The notes beneath the pieces were generated by a model. That model made no database searches, was not told where the DNA came from, and saw nothing but the letters and a program-made list of their open reading frames with translations. From Ascoidea asiatica JCM 7603 (taxonomy: Eukaryota > Fungi > Ascomycota), in assembly GCA_001600695.1 (NCBI GenBank), contig BCKQ01000007.1:391183-455182 (forward strand): 64,000 nucleotides of DNA, written 5' to 3'. The translations under genes were made by a program, and so were the position numbers. Positions 1 to 11,000 of the stretch are shown one piece after another (position 1 is the stretch's first letter; the number at the start of each line of letters is the position of its first letter).

Positions 1-1
1 T

Positions 2-883
2 TCAGATATTGCTGCAGGTAATTATATGTTAAGACATGAATTATTAGCTCTTCATAGTGCTGAGACTTCAGGTGGTGCTCAATTTTATCCAATGTGTGCT
101 AATTTAGATATTAGCGGTACTGGTACTGCAACCCCAAGTGGTGTTGCATTCCCAGGTGCTTATTCTGCTTCAGATCCAGGTATTTTAGTCAACATTTATA
201 ATGGTTTAAGCACATATACTATTCCAGGTCCAACTGTTTATGGAGGAAGTTCTGCTACTTCTGCAGCTGCTTCAGGTTCTGCTACATCTGCTGCAACCAC
301 TGCTGCTTCATCAGCTTCTGCCACTGCTTCATCTGCTGCCGCAACTTCTGCTGCTGCTTCAACTGCTTCCTCTGTTGCTGAAACCACATCCACTTCTGCT
401 GTTACAGTAGCTGCTGTTGAGTCTTCTTCCGCTGTAACTTCTGCTGCTGAAGTTGAAACATCTGCCAAAGTTGAATCTTCTGCTGCTGTTACCTCTGCTA
501 TTACTTCCGAGGCTGAAGCTGCTAGTTCAACTGAAGCTGCTATTGCTGAATCTTCTGAAGTGGAATCTTATGGTACTAGTGAAGCTGCTGAAACTTCCAT
601 GGGTTCTTTCAGTACTGCTCAAACTTTAACTACTGTTACTAAAGCATCTTCCTCTGCTACTGTTGCTGAAGAAACTACTTCTGCTGCCAGTACTGCTGCT
701 GCTGAAACCGCAGCAACCACTGCATCTGCTACTTCTAGTAGTTCTTCTTCATGTTATTCAAGTTCTGTTGAATTCAACAAATGTCTTGATGCAGTTAATG
801 TATGTATTGCCTCTGCTCAAAAAGCCGGTGGCTATGAAGGTTCAACCTGTGAAACTGAAAGATCATCTTGTCAAATGTGTTAG
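2..883 (+). CDS. AA9 (GH61) lytic polysaccharide monooxygenase, 5'-truncated by the window; Ser/Thr/Ala linker and C-terminal 6-Cys module
   Basis: The frame is open from base 2 (SDIAAGNY precedes the track's Met). [40 protein letters not shown] is the canonical AA9 C-terminal half, including the H-x8-Q-x-Y motif. Confidence 0.9.
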   Translation, partial: SDIAAGNYMLRHELLALHSAETSGGAQFYPMCANLDISGTGTATPSGVAFPGAYSASDPGILVNIYNGLSTYTIPGPTVYGGSSATSAAASGSATSAATTAASSASATASSAAATSAAASTASSVAETTSTSAVTVAAVESSSAVTSAAEVETSAKVESSAAVTSAITSEAEAASSTEAAIAESSEVESYGTSEAAETSMGSFSTAQTLTTVTKASSSATVAEETTSAASTAAAETAATTASATSSSSSSCYSSSVEFNKCLDAVNVCIASAQKAGGYEGSTCETERSSCQMC

Positions 884-1044
884 GTTTTTTTTCCTGTTAT
901 TCTGTTCTTTTATAATTTTTAGTTGATATCCATATTATTATTTACTATTCCTTAAATAAATATTCTTTCAATTAAACAATTGCATCAATTGAAACTTTGA
1001 TCGAGTCTTTAACCGAAAACACAAAGAAAGTTCCAGTCACGGGA

Positions 1045-1100
1045 ACGCGTAAAATAAATGTGAACCCTGAAAGAGAAAAAAAAAAATTTCAAAGACGCGT
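1045..1100. promoter_or_regulatory. Two MCB elements (ACGCGT) upstream of NSE1
   Basis: Exact ACGCGT at 1045-1050 and 1095-1100 in an AT-rich background, upstream of an Smc5/6 subunit gene. Confidence 0.6.
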
Positions 1101-1267
1101 CGCCCAAATTTATTAATAGTTGGGAATTGAATTTGATTATTTATGTCAAATTGATTAATTTCAATGAAAATATATATATTTAGTTCTAATATTTTATATA
1201 TTTCATTGCATTTACTTGTGTTCGAGTAAATTTTAATCAATTAATAATCAATCAAGAATTTTCAAAA

Positions 1268-2269
1268 ATGGAATTCGAGTTAGAATTGGATCATAGGCCT
1301 TTATTGCAATATATAATTTCTTCAAAGATTATATCTAAAGTTAAGTTAATTCAATTTCTAAAAAGTTATATAAAACAGCATTATTCAGAAGATGAAGAAC
1401 TATTACATAATATTAGAAAAGAAATGAGATCAAATCATGACTTTTTGTCCGATTTATTAGAACAGACAATTCATAAAATTAATTTATTAATTGAACCAAT
1501 GAAATATGAAGTTAAGAAATTTAAAAATCATTTACATATAATTGAATATGAAGGAAATAGTAATAATAATAATGATGATGATGAAAATAATAACAGAAAT
1601 AAAAGAAATGGAAATTCACGAACTGTTGAATCTGTGATTTATTATGTATTCATAAATAAAGCTATAGATTCACCAGCAAAACTATCAACATATTTTTCTC
1701 CTGAAAATATTGAATTTATAAAAGCTTTAATTGAAGATATTTTCAAAAATAAAAAAGATTCATATTCTATTGGTTCAGTTGATTTATATAAATTATATTC
1801 TTTACATGTTAAAAATAAGCCATTGAGTTCATGTGCAGAATCTTTAAATATTTTAGTTCATAATGGTTGGTTAAATAGAAATGAAATGGAACAATATTAT
1901 CTTTCAAGTAGATCATTAATTGAATTAAAAAATGCATTAATTGATAAATATGGAATAGCGAATGAAAATGATTTTGATAATAGTAATAATGATGAAGATC
2001 AAGGTTTAATTTATCTTTGTAAACTTTGTAAAGATATTTTCACTCAAGGTTATAAATGTTATAATAAAAATTGTAAAATTAGATTTCATAAAGATTGTTT
2101 ATTTAATTATATAAATATTAAAGGAAATTCAAATGAAAATGGATCCATTACTTGTCAATGTCCGAATACAAATTGTGAAGAAATATGGGATTTTAATCAA
2201 ATTGATCCTTCCCAAGAAATTTTTATAAAAAAATCTAATCAAGATGAAGGAAATGAAAGTGAAGATTGA
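1268..2269 (+). CDS. NSE1: Smc5/6 complex subunit Nse1 (winged helix + RING-like domain)
   Basis: N-terminal HRPLLQYIIS; central L..NGWL....YYLSSRSLIEL; C-terminal CKLC..C..C..RFHKDC..CP..C RING variant. Confidence 0.85.
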   Translation: MEFELELDHRPLLQYIISSKIISKVKLIQFLKSYIKQHYSEDEELLHNIRKEMRSNHDFLSDLLEQTIHKINLLIEPMKYEVKKFKNHLHIIEYEGNSNNNNDDDENNNRNKRNGNSRTVESVIYYVFINKAIDSPAKLSTYFSPENIEFIKALIEDIFKNKKDSYSIGSVDLYKLYSLHVKNKPLSSCAESLNILVHNGWLNRNEMEQYYLSSRSLIELKNALIDKYGIANENDFDNSNNDEDQGLIYLCKLCKDIFTQGYKCYNKNCKIRFHKDCLFNYINIKGNSNENGSITCQCPNTNCEEIWDFNQIDPSQEIFIKKSNQDEGNESED

Positions 2270-2464
2270 AACTTTTATAAATTAAATAAAAAGTTTCATT
2301 CAATCATTTCAATATATACAGTATCTTTAGTTCATTTATTCAAATTTTCAAACTTTTGAATTATTTCCATTAGACTTTATTTCAATAATCAAGATTAAAA
2401 TTTTGTTAATTTACATATTCCTTAATATAAAACATTTGTGCTAATTTTTTTAAGAAATTTTCTA

Positions 2465-4063
2465 TCATATTTCATCATCATAATCTTCTTCTTCATCGTC
2501 ATCAGAAATAATATATTCATTTAAAATATCCTGATCATTTTCATTTAAATTGAAATTAATTTCATTATCATTATCACTATAATTTTTAATTTCAAAATTT
2601 TGTAAAATTGGCCATATGAAGTTATTATTATTTTTAGCAGAAGTTGTTGATAATGAAGTTATACAACCATAACATAAATCTATTTCATTTACTGATTCAT
2701 TTTCTTTTTCATTTAATGAGCTATCAGGTAATACATCCTTAAAAGACTCTAAATAATTTTGATAATTTGATAATTCTTCTTCAGTTTCAGGTTTAATTGG
2801 ATCATTTACAGTGATTTTATTTAGGAATTCTTTTGCATTATCATATAATATTGAATTACAAATCATACATGTTTTTACTTTGTTATTAGTATCGATATTA
2901 TTATTATTATTATTATTACTATTATTATTTGTAGATAATTTATTTTTTGGATTTGATAATTTAAAACCAGTTCTGACAACAGTTGAAACAACAGTTGAAT
3001 AACCACTTTTTTCAATATTATTGAAATATTGAGTAACTAATTGATCTATTGACATATTTTTAATTAATTGATTATTTTTAATTGAATTTAAATTTATTAA
3101 ATTTTGATTGAATTTTTTAAAATAAATTAAATATTTATCCAAATTTTTAAAATTAAAATAATTTTCAATTTCAAAATTTAAAATATCTTGTAATGGATAT
3201 AAAATTTGAAATTTGAAATTATCATTAAAATTACTTAAGTTGGTGAAATTTGATTTATAATTTCTATAATTATTGTTTAAAAATTTGAAAATTTCACTTG
3301 ATCTACCTTTTGAAATAAGTGATAAAATTTTTGTTGATAATAAAGACATTGAATGGTAAAGAGTAATTGTATCACAGTTAAATAAAATTGCTATTAATTG
3401 TATTGAATTGAAATTAATTGTATCAAGTAAATCATTTTTAGTTGTGATATCTTTAATATTAGATAATAATGAATCAATCGATTTTCTATTAGATTTTTCA
3501 GTTGATGTGTTATAATCAAATTGATAAGAAGAGAAATCATTTAGATCTAATTTAATTTTTTTCAAATTCTTTGAATTATTTAGATTCATAAAAAAATCTA
3601 AATTCAAAGATTTAAATTTTAAGAAATTTATAAGATTTGGATTATTAATTTTAATTTGATTGAAGAAAAGATTGAAATCATTGATAATTGTATTATTTTT
3701 ATTATAATATAAAATAACAATATAAATATTGAAACCAATTTTTCCATTATGTAAATTAAATTGTTCATTTAATAAGTTTAATAATAAATCTAATAAAGAT
3801 AAAGATTCTTTGATATGATTATCAAATATTATAGGTAATAAAATATTTATATTATTATTATCATTTTTATAATTAACTTTAAATTTTTCATCAATCATTA
3901 TCTTTCTTTGTTTGCCAGTGATGAATCTAATAAAACAATCTTTACAAAAAAGTTCTTTTCTTGATTTTATTAATGAATTTTGTTTTTTACATCTTGAACA
4001 AATGGGATTATTATCTGGATTTTCCTGATCTAGAAGTTCATTTTCTTTATTTGACTTATCCAT
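2465..4063 (-). CDS. NCS2: Cytoplasmic tRNA 2-thiolation protein 2 (Ncs2/Ctu2)
   Basis: CSRCK..SRKELFCKDCFIRFITGKQRK; KILSLISKGR; YPLQDI; VVSTVVRTGFKL; CMIC..LCYGC. Confidence 0.88.
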   Translation of the reverse strand: MDKSNKENELLDQENPDNNPICSRCKKQNSLIKSRKELFCKDCFIRFITGKQRKIMIDEKFKVNYKNDNNNINILLPIIFDNHIKESLSLLDLLLNLLNEQFNLHNGKIGFNIYIVILYYNKNNTIINDFNLFFNQIKINNPNLINFLKFKSLNLDFFMNLNNSKNLKKIKLDLNDFSSYQFDYNTSTEKSNRKSIDSLLSNIKDITTKNDLLDTINFNSIQLIAILFNCDTITLYHSMSLLSTKILSLISKGRSSEIFKFLNNNYRNYKSNFTNLSNFNDNFKFQILYPLQDILNFEIENYFNFKNLDKYLIYFKKFNQNLINLNSIKNNQLIKNMSIDQLVTQYFNNIEKSGYSTVVSTVVRTGFKLSNPKNKLSTNNNSNNNNNNNIDTNNKVKTCMICNSILYDNAKEFLNKITVNDPIKPETEEELSNYQNYLESFKDVLPDSSLNEKENESVNEIDLCYGCITSLSTTSAKNNNNFIWPILQNFEIKNYSDNDNEINFNLNENDQDILNEYIISDDDEEEDYDDEI

Positions 4064-4416
4064 TGTTGGTTATCCTTTTCTAATGTAATTCAAATTAACA
4101 ATCTTTTCATAGATTGATGAAATATTTCAAGTATTTCAATTATTTCTTTCAGTGATAAAAAAATAAAAATTTAAAAAAGTTAAAAACAAAAGGAATCCGT
4201 GTGATATCCGGTGTTCCGCCCAGTTCCATTTTCAGGATTTTAATATATTATATCCGTGTACATCCTTGTTTTTTTTAATTTTCCGCGGTGACAAGGCCTT
4301 TTCGCGTCGTATTTTTCTCTGATTCCAAACTTAAGATTTCCAGCGTTAACGTTACAAGAGCCATTTGATAAACAATCGAGCATTGAAATAAATGAAAAAG
4401 ATGAAATATTTATTAG

Positions 4417-4472
4417 TTTATCAATTATCATTTATCAATTATCATTTATCAATTATCATTTATCAATTATCA
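4417..4472 (+). repeat. Tandem repeat, 4 x TTTATCAATTATCA (14 bp)
   Basis: Four exact consecutive copies in the NCS2/CAX4 divergent intergenic region. Confidence 0.85.
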
Positions 4473-4610
4473 AAATAAATAATCATCAAGAAGTAAATCA
4501 ATCAATGATCAATTGATCAAGAATATATTAGAAATAGATTAAGAATAATTTTGGTGAAAGAAGGGAAAGAAGTGAATAAGCGCGGTATAAATTTGAATTA
4601 AATAAAAACA

Positions 4611-5390
4611 ATGTCAACAATAATTGAATCAACTAAAACAATAACATCAAAAATAATTGAAACAACAACAAATTCAATAATAAGTACAAATATTGGATAT
4701 ATACCAATACCATTTGATGAAACATATATTTTATATAATCCAGAAGATTTATTATCATTAATATGTGTATTTTTTTCATTATTACCAATATTAATATTAG
4801 TTTTTTATTTTTCATGGTTTTTAATGACAAGAGAATTTGAAAGTTGTTTAATGGCATTTGGACAAATTTTAAATAATTTAATAAATTATATTTTAAAAAA
4901 TTATTTTAAACATGAAAGACCAAATTTTTTAAATAATTTTGAAAATTTACCAATATTATTAAATGAATTTGGTATGCCAAGTGCTCATTCTCAATTTATG
5001 GGTTTTTTTACAAGTTATTTAATTTTAAGAATTTTTTTACAATTTAAAAATTTTAATAATTTTGAAAAAATTTTTATAAATTTAATTTTAATTTTTTTAA
5101 GTTTTATGACTGGATTTTCAAGAATTTATCTTTATTATCATTATAAAAATCAAGTAATAATTGGATTATTAATTGGTTATATAATCGGAATAATATATTT
5201 TTTAATAATTTCAATATTAAGAGATTATGGTATAATTAAATTTATATTAAAAAATTTTAAAATTTTTAAAATTTTTTATATTAAAGATACATTTTTTGAT
5301 AATTATGGAAAAAGTTTAAAATTTGAACATGAGATTTGGATGAATAAAAAGGATCTTATTGATGAATATGATCTTAAGAAATTGTACTAA
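4611..5390 (+). CDS. CAX4: Dolichyl-diphosphate phosphatase (PAP2 family)
   Basis: IPFDETYILYNPED; K..FKHERP; FGMPSAHSQFMGF; SRIYLYYH; hydrophobic helices. Confidence 0.9.
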   Translation: MSTIIESTKTITSKIIETTTNSIISTNIGYIPIPFDETYILYNPEDLLSLICVFFSLLPILILVFYFSWFLMTREFESCLMAFGQILNNLINYILKNYFKHERPNFLNNFENLPILLNEFGMPSAHSQFMGFFTSYLILRIFLQFKNFNNFEKIFINLILIFLSFMTGFSRIYLYYHYKNQVIIGLLIGYIIGIIYFLIISILRDYGIIKFILKNFKIFKIFYIKDTFFDNYGKSLKFEHEIWMNKKDLIDEYDLKKLY

Positions 5391-5534
5391 CTAAGTATGT
5401 AGTTTAATCTCAATTAGCTATTTATTATCTATTTATTATCTATTTATCATCTATTAATTTATTTATCTATTTAAATCTTTCTATATATGTATGTATGTAT
5501 ATATGTATGTATATATGTATGTATGAATATGTAA

Positions 5535-6617
5535 TTAAGCATCTTTTTTAGAATCTGCATTAGAATCTTCAATGGAATCATCAATTGGATCATATTGTTT
5601 AAATAAAGTATTAAAAAATGCTCTATAATGAGTTTTAGAGCCAATATTATCAATATTTAAAATTTCTTCATTTGATAAATTAAAATCCTTTATATTTAAA
5701 AGTTCATCCATTCTTTTTGGATTTGAAGTTTGAGTTAAAGGTTTTATACCTTTTTGAATAATATATTTGATTAAAATTTGAGTATTTGATTTATTATATT
5801 TTTTAAATAAATTTTTATTTAAATAAATAATTAATTCATCATTATTTGAAAATTTTGGATAATATAAAGGTATTAAACTACCAAAAGATTGAATAAAAAT
5901 ATTATTATTTTGACAAAATTTTACAACATCAGTTGATTGATTTTGTAAATATGGATTAAATTCAATTTGATTTAAAATTGGTTTAAAATTTTTAAAATTT
6001 TTTAAAATTAATTCAATTTTATCAATTGTAAAAGAAGCTAAACCAATATATCTTACTTTTTTATCTTTAATTAATTTTTCCATTTGATACCAATATTTTA
6101 AAATATCAGAATCTGAAAACCCAGGATTAATCCAATGAATTAAATATAAATCAATATAATCTAGATTTAAAAGTTTAAGAGATTTTAAACATGCTTCATA
6201 TGGACCACTTGGAGTTCTTGGAGATCTTGGAGCAAAACCAGGATCCCATTTATCAGTTATCCATAATTCATTTCTATTTAATTTAAAATTATCAATTTGA
6301 ATTTCATTATTAATTTGATTTTTATTTATTAGAATTTTTGGACCAGTAGTTAAACCATTTAATAAAATATCATTTAAAACATAATTTAATTCATCATGAG
6401 TATTATAACATTCTGCAGAATCAATTAATCTAAAACCTTTTTTTAAAGATAATTTTAATGAATTAATAATTTTAAAATCTAAATTTGAATTAATTTTTAA
6501 ATTTGATTTTTCTTCATTTTTTGATCTTTTTGTTCTTGATAATTTTGTACCAATTCCAAAACCTGGAACTGGAATATTTTCAATTGATATTAAATTTTCA
6601 TTTTCATTAAAAGTCAT
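5535..6617 (-). CDS. Aldo-keto reductase (NADPH-dependent, YDL124W-like)
   Basis: GFGIGT; IDSAECY; ITDKW; YIDLYLIHW (D/Y/K/H tetrad); NQIEFNPYLQ. Confidence 0.85.
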   Translation of the reverse strand: MTFNENENLISIENIPVPGFGIGTKLSRTKRSKNEEKSNLKINSNLDFKIINSLKLSLKKGFRLIDSAECYNTHDELNYVLNDILLNGLTTGPKILINKNQINNEIQIDNFKLNRNELWITDKWDPGFAPRSPRTPSGPYEACLKSLKLLNLDYIDLYLIHWINPGFSDSDILKYWYQMEKLIKDKKVRYIGLASFTIDKIELILKNFKNFKPILNQIEFNPYLQNQSTDVVKFCQNNNIFIQSFGSLIPLYYPKFSNNDELIIYLNKNLFKKYNKSNTQILIKYIIQKGIKPLTQTSNPKRMDELLNIKDFNLSNEEILNIDNIGSKTHYRAFFNTLFKQYDPIDDSIEDSNADSKKDA

Positions 6618-7110
6618 TTTTTATTATTTAAGATTATTTAAGATTATTTAAGATTATTTATCTATGGTGTTGTAATTAGAATTTGAATTTGACTTAGAAT
6701 TGAAATCAATGGGATATATAAAGAAATTGAGATTCAGAAAAATAGAACATGAGGAAATGAATTGTATTTATATGATAAGATGATTATTAATGAATTTGTC
6801 GGAAATTGAAATAGGGCGGTATCGGCACTTGAATTAGAACTAAAAAGAAAAAGAATATTAAAACAAGTTCGAAATAAAGAGAAGTTGAGAAGATAACAAA
6901 TTCAAAGGAAGAAAGAATATTTAGAGTATTTAGAATAAAAACAGAATTAGGAAGGCAATGAAGTTGTGAGTAATGAAAAGAGTGAGTAATAGGCTAAAGT
7001 CGGTGTTGGTGCTGAGAGTGAGTAATGTGGGCTTGTCTCGGGGGCTCAATGCGATGGACTGAAAGGAGAACCGGAGTGCTGGTCTCTCCGGGAAAATAAA
7101 ATAAAATTGA

Positions 7111-7618
7111 TTAGTCAGCACCCACAGTGACGGTAGCAGCAGAAGGAGGTACTAGTGTGAGGAAGGAGGCAGGCAGATGCAAACCTATCCAAATCAGGAA
7201 AAAGAACAACAAACAGCAACTCAGTAAACTGGAGCACATAAACACACCGGGAACAACGCACCGGCGCGTGGAACAACATGGATAAGCCCGAAGTTTCGGT
7301 CGCTGGAAAGTTTGCAATTCTCCGAGGCACACAGATCCAGAGCTTCCATAGCAACCAAACAGCGACAGCGTGGCACCAGAAGCGCAGTGTTGCTCAGGTG
7401 TGGCGCTGAGCGAAGATGTGTGGCTTATTGGAAGTCCTCGGTCTGTTTGCTGCCAGCGGTGATAGCCGGTGTAGTCTGGAAGCAGTCTGGAACTAGTCTG
7501 CTAGCGGAAACCGGCAGGGAGCGTTCTTACTAATTGAGCCTGCGACTGGAAGAGATCCCGAGTTCCGTTGCTTTTTGACTTGCTTTCTACGTTCGGCATT
7601 ACTAATACATTTTAGTCA
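7111..7618. promoter_or_regulatory. Cluster of Yap1-type response elements in the AKR/ABC-transporter divergent promoter
   Basis: TTAGTCA at 7111 and 7612; TTACTAA at 7527 and 7599; within or at the edge of a locally GC-rich island. Confidence 0.5.
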
Positions 7619-8028
7619 TAATAATCTTAAAAATCATCGTATTTTTATCTTCTTATCGCTTAATCAATCCATCAAGTATCTGTTTCTCTTTTTCTCTTTT
7701 TCTCTGTTTATTTACTGTTGACAATTGGAAAATTTCTATTGAATTCCATCTAATTTCATGAAATTTATCTCATTGAAAAATTATTTTTTTATTTAAAATT
7801 AATATAAATATCATTTAAATTATCTTCTTTTTAAAAATTTTATTTTCTTCTTTTATATTCACTTCTAGTCTTTTTCTTTATCTTTATCTTTATCTTAATC
7901 TTTATCGTATTCTTTTAATTAATATTTTTATATACTAATTACTTATTATTTAATACTTAATACCCTATATCATTCATTTATAAGCATATTGTATATTAAT
8001 ATTATTAATAATAATAATAATATCTATT

Positions 8029-11000
8029 ATGGAAAAAGATAGAAATCAATCTTCAGATGCAGAATCTGTTGAAAATTTTTATGGTGAAAATTTTCAAAAT
8101 AATGATCATCATCAAATAAATGATACAAATGATTTAGTTAGAACTATAACTTCAAATCAAAATAATAATCATGAAGGTGATCAAATTCTTGAAAGATTAT
8201 CAAGTATTGCAAGAACTTTATCAAATAAATTAAATCAAAATGATATTAAACAAGTTTGGGATAATACTCCATTAGCAAAACAATTAAATGAATTATTTTC
8301 TCCTGATCAAGGTATTAGACATACTGGTGTAACTTTTAAAAATATTTCAACTCAAGGTCTTAATTCTGATTCTGGTTTTGCACCAACTGTATTAGATTTA
8401 ATAAAACCAAATTTTAATAAAATTTTAAATTTTAAATCAAATAATAAAAAAAATTCAAAAGATATTATTCAAAATATTAATGGTATTGTTAAAGCTGGTG
8501 AAATGCTTTTAGTTTTAGGTAGACCAGGTTCTGGTTGTTCAACTTTTTTAAAAACAATTTCTGGTAATTTATCTCAATATTTAGGTACAAATGGTGAAAT
8601 TAAATATGATGGTTTATCACAAAATTCAATGTTAAAAAATTTTAAATCTGAAATAATTTATAATCCTGAATTAGATTCTCATTTTCCTCATTTAACTGTA
8701 AATCAAACTTTAAATTTTGCAATTGCTTGTAAAATTCCAAATAAAAGAGTTAATAATATTTCTAAAAATGATTATATTAAAACTTATAATTCAATTTTAT
8801 CAACCGTTTTTGGTTTAGATCATGTTTTAAATACAAAAGTTGGTAATGATTATGTTAGAGGTGTCTCAGGTGGTCAAAGAAAAAGAGTTTCAATTGCTGA
8901 AGCTTTAGGTTGTCGTGCTTCAATTTATTGTTGGGATAATGCAACTAGAGGTTTAGATGCTTCAACTGCTTTAGAATATGCTCAAGCTATAAGAGTTTCA
9001 ACAAATTTACTTAAAAAATGTGCTTTAGTTACAATTTATCAAGCTGGTGAAAATATTTATCAAACTTTTGATAAAGTTACAATCTTATATGAAGGTCATC
9101 AAGTTTATTTTGGTAATGTTGAAAATGCTGTTGATTATTTTATTAATATGGGTTTTGAAAAACCTTCAAGACAATCAAGTGCAGAATTTTTAACTGCTGT
9201 TACTGATCCAAAAGGTAGATCTCCAAGACCAGGTTTTGAAAATAAAGTTCCAAAAAATGTAATAGAATTTGAAAATTATTGGTTAAATTCAATTGAATTT
9301 AAAAATTTAATTAATGAAATTGATGATTATAATAATAATATTGTTTCTGAAGATCAAACAAAAAAATTATTTCATGATTCAATTTCTTCTGAAAAATCAA
9401 AAGGTCAAAGAACAAATTCTCAATATACAATTAATATTATTGAACAATTTAAATTATGTACAATTCGTGGTTTTCAACGAGTTATCGGTGATAAAGCTTA
9501 TACAATCACTCAAGTTGTTGCAAATGTTGTTCAATCTTTAATTATTGGTTCTTTATTTTTTAATCTTGGTAATAGTACAAGTACTGCTTATTCAAGAGGG
9601 GGTGTAATGTTTTTCTCTGTTTTACATTTTACTTTCATGGGTATTGCTGAAGTTTCAAATTCTTTTCAAAATAGACCAATTTTATTAAAACATAAAGGTT
9701 ATACTTTATATCATCCTGCTGCAGAATCTATAGCTGCAGTTTTAACTGATATGCCAACAAAATTATTAACAATTATTGCATTTTCTTTAGTATTATATTT
9801 CCTTGTAAATTTAAATAGACATCCAGGTAATTTCTTTTTTTTCATTTTATTTTTATTTATAAATTGTTCTGTTACTGCTGGTATGTTTAGTTCAATTTCT
9901 GCTTTTTCAAAAACTATCTCAACTGCAAATTCAATTGCAGGTATTTGTATGTTAGCAATTGTTATATATACTGGTTATGTAATTCAAAGAGCTAATATGC
10001 ATTGGTGTTTTAAATGGTTATCTTATATTAATCCAGTAACTTATGGTTTTGAAGCTTTAATTGCAAATGAATTTCATGGTAAACAAATGAAATGTGATTC
10101 AATTGTACCTTCAGGTTCTGCTTATGATAGTATTTCAAATATTTATAAAACTTGTGCTTCAACTGGTGCAAAAGTTAATCAAATTATTGTTTCTGGTGAT
10201 GATTATATTAAAGAATCTTATGGTTATTCATATTCTCATGCTTGGAGAAATTTAGGTATTGCTATTGGTTTTTGGATTTTTTTTATACTTTTAGCTGCTT
10301 TTGGTATTGAAATTTTAGATGAAGGTAAAGGTGGAGGTGAAAAACTTTTATTTATTAAAACAAAAGATAGTAATATTGATATTGAAAAAGGTTCAGAATC
10401 TGATATAACTAATGAAAAAAATGATGATACTCCTATAGATGGTTTACAAGCAAAAGATATATTTTCTTGGAAAAATGTTCATTATGTTATACCAACAAAA
10501 GATGGTAAAAAAATTAAATTATTAGATAATGTTCAGGGTTATGTAAAACCTGGTACTTTAACTGCTTTAATGGGTGAATCTGGTGCTGGTAAAACAACTT
10601 TATTAAATGTTTTATCACAACGTATTTCATTTGGTGTAATTACTGGTGATATGTTAGTTAATGGTAGACATTTAGATTCTTCATTTCAAAGATCAACTGG
10701 TTATGTTCAACAACAAGATTTACATATTTCTGAATTAACTGTTAGAGAATCTTTACAATTTGCTGCAAGACTTAGAAGACCTGCAAGTGTTCCTGATGAA
10801 GAAAAATTAGATTATGTTGAAACTGTAATTGATTTATTATCAATGTCTTCTTATGCAAATGCTGTTGTTGGTGTTTCTGGTGTTGGTTTAAATGTTGAAC
10901 AAAGAAAAAAATTATCAATTGGTGTTGAATTAGTTGCAAAACCTTCTTTATTACTTTTCCTTGATGAACCAACTTCTGGTTTAGATTCTCAATCTTCTTG

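Noticed and set aside
4417-4472. CRISPR-like or telomeric array
   Set aside because: A simple tandem AT-rich minisatellite without spacers or a G-rich strand, in a eukaryotic context.
5385-5400. TACTAAC followed by GTATGT
   Set aside because: Wrong order for an intron, and it overlaps the CAX4 stop codon.
6930-7533. Several short overlapping ORFs in a GC-rich island
   Set aside because: No host codon bias or motifs, and mostly non-ATG starts; better explained as promoter DNA.
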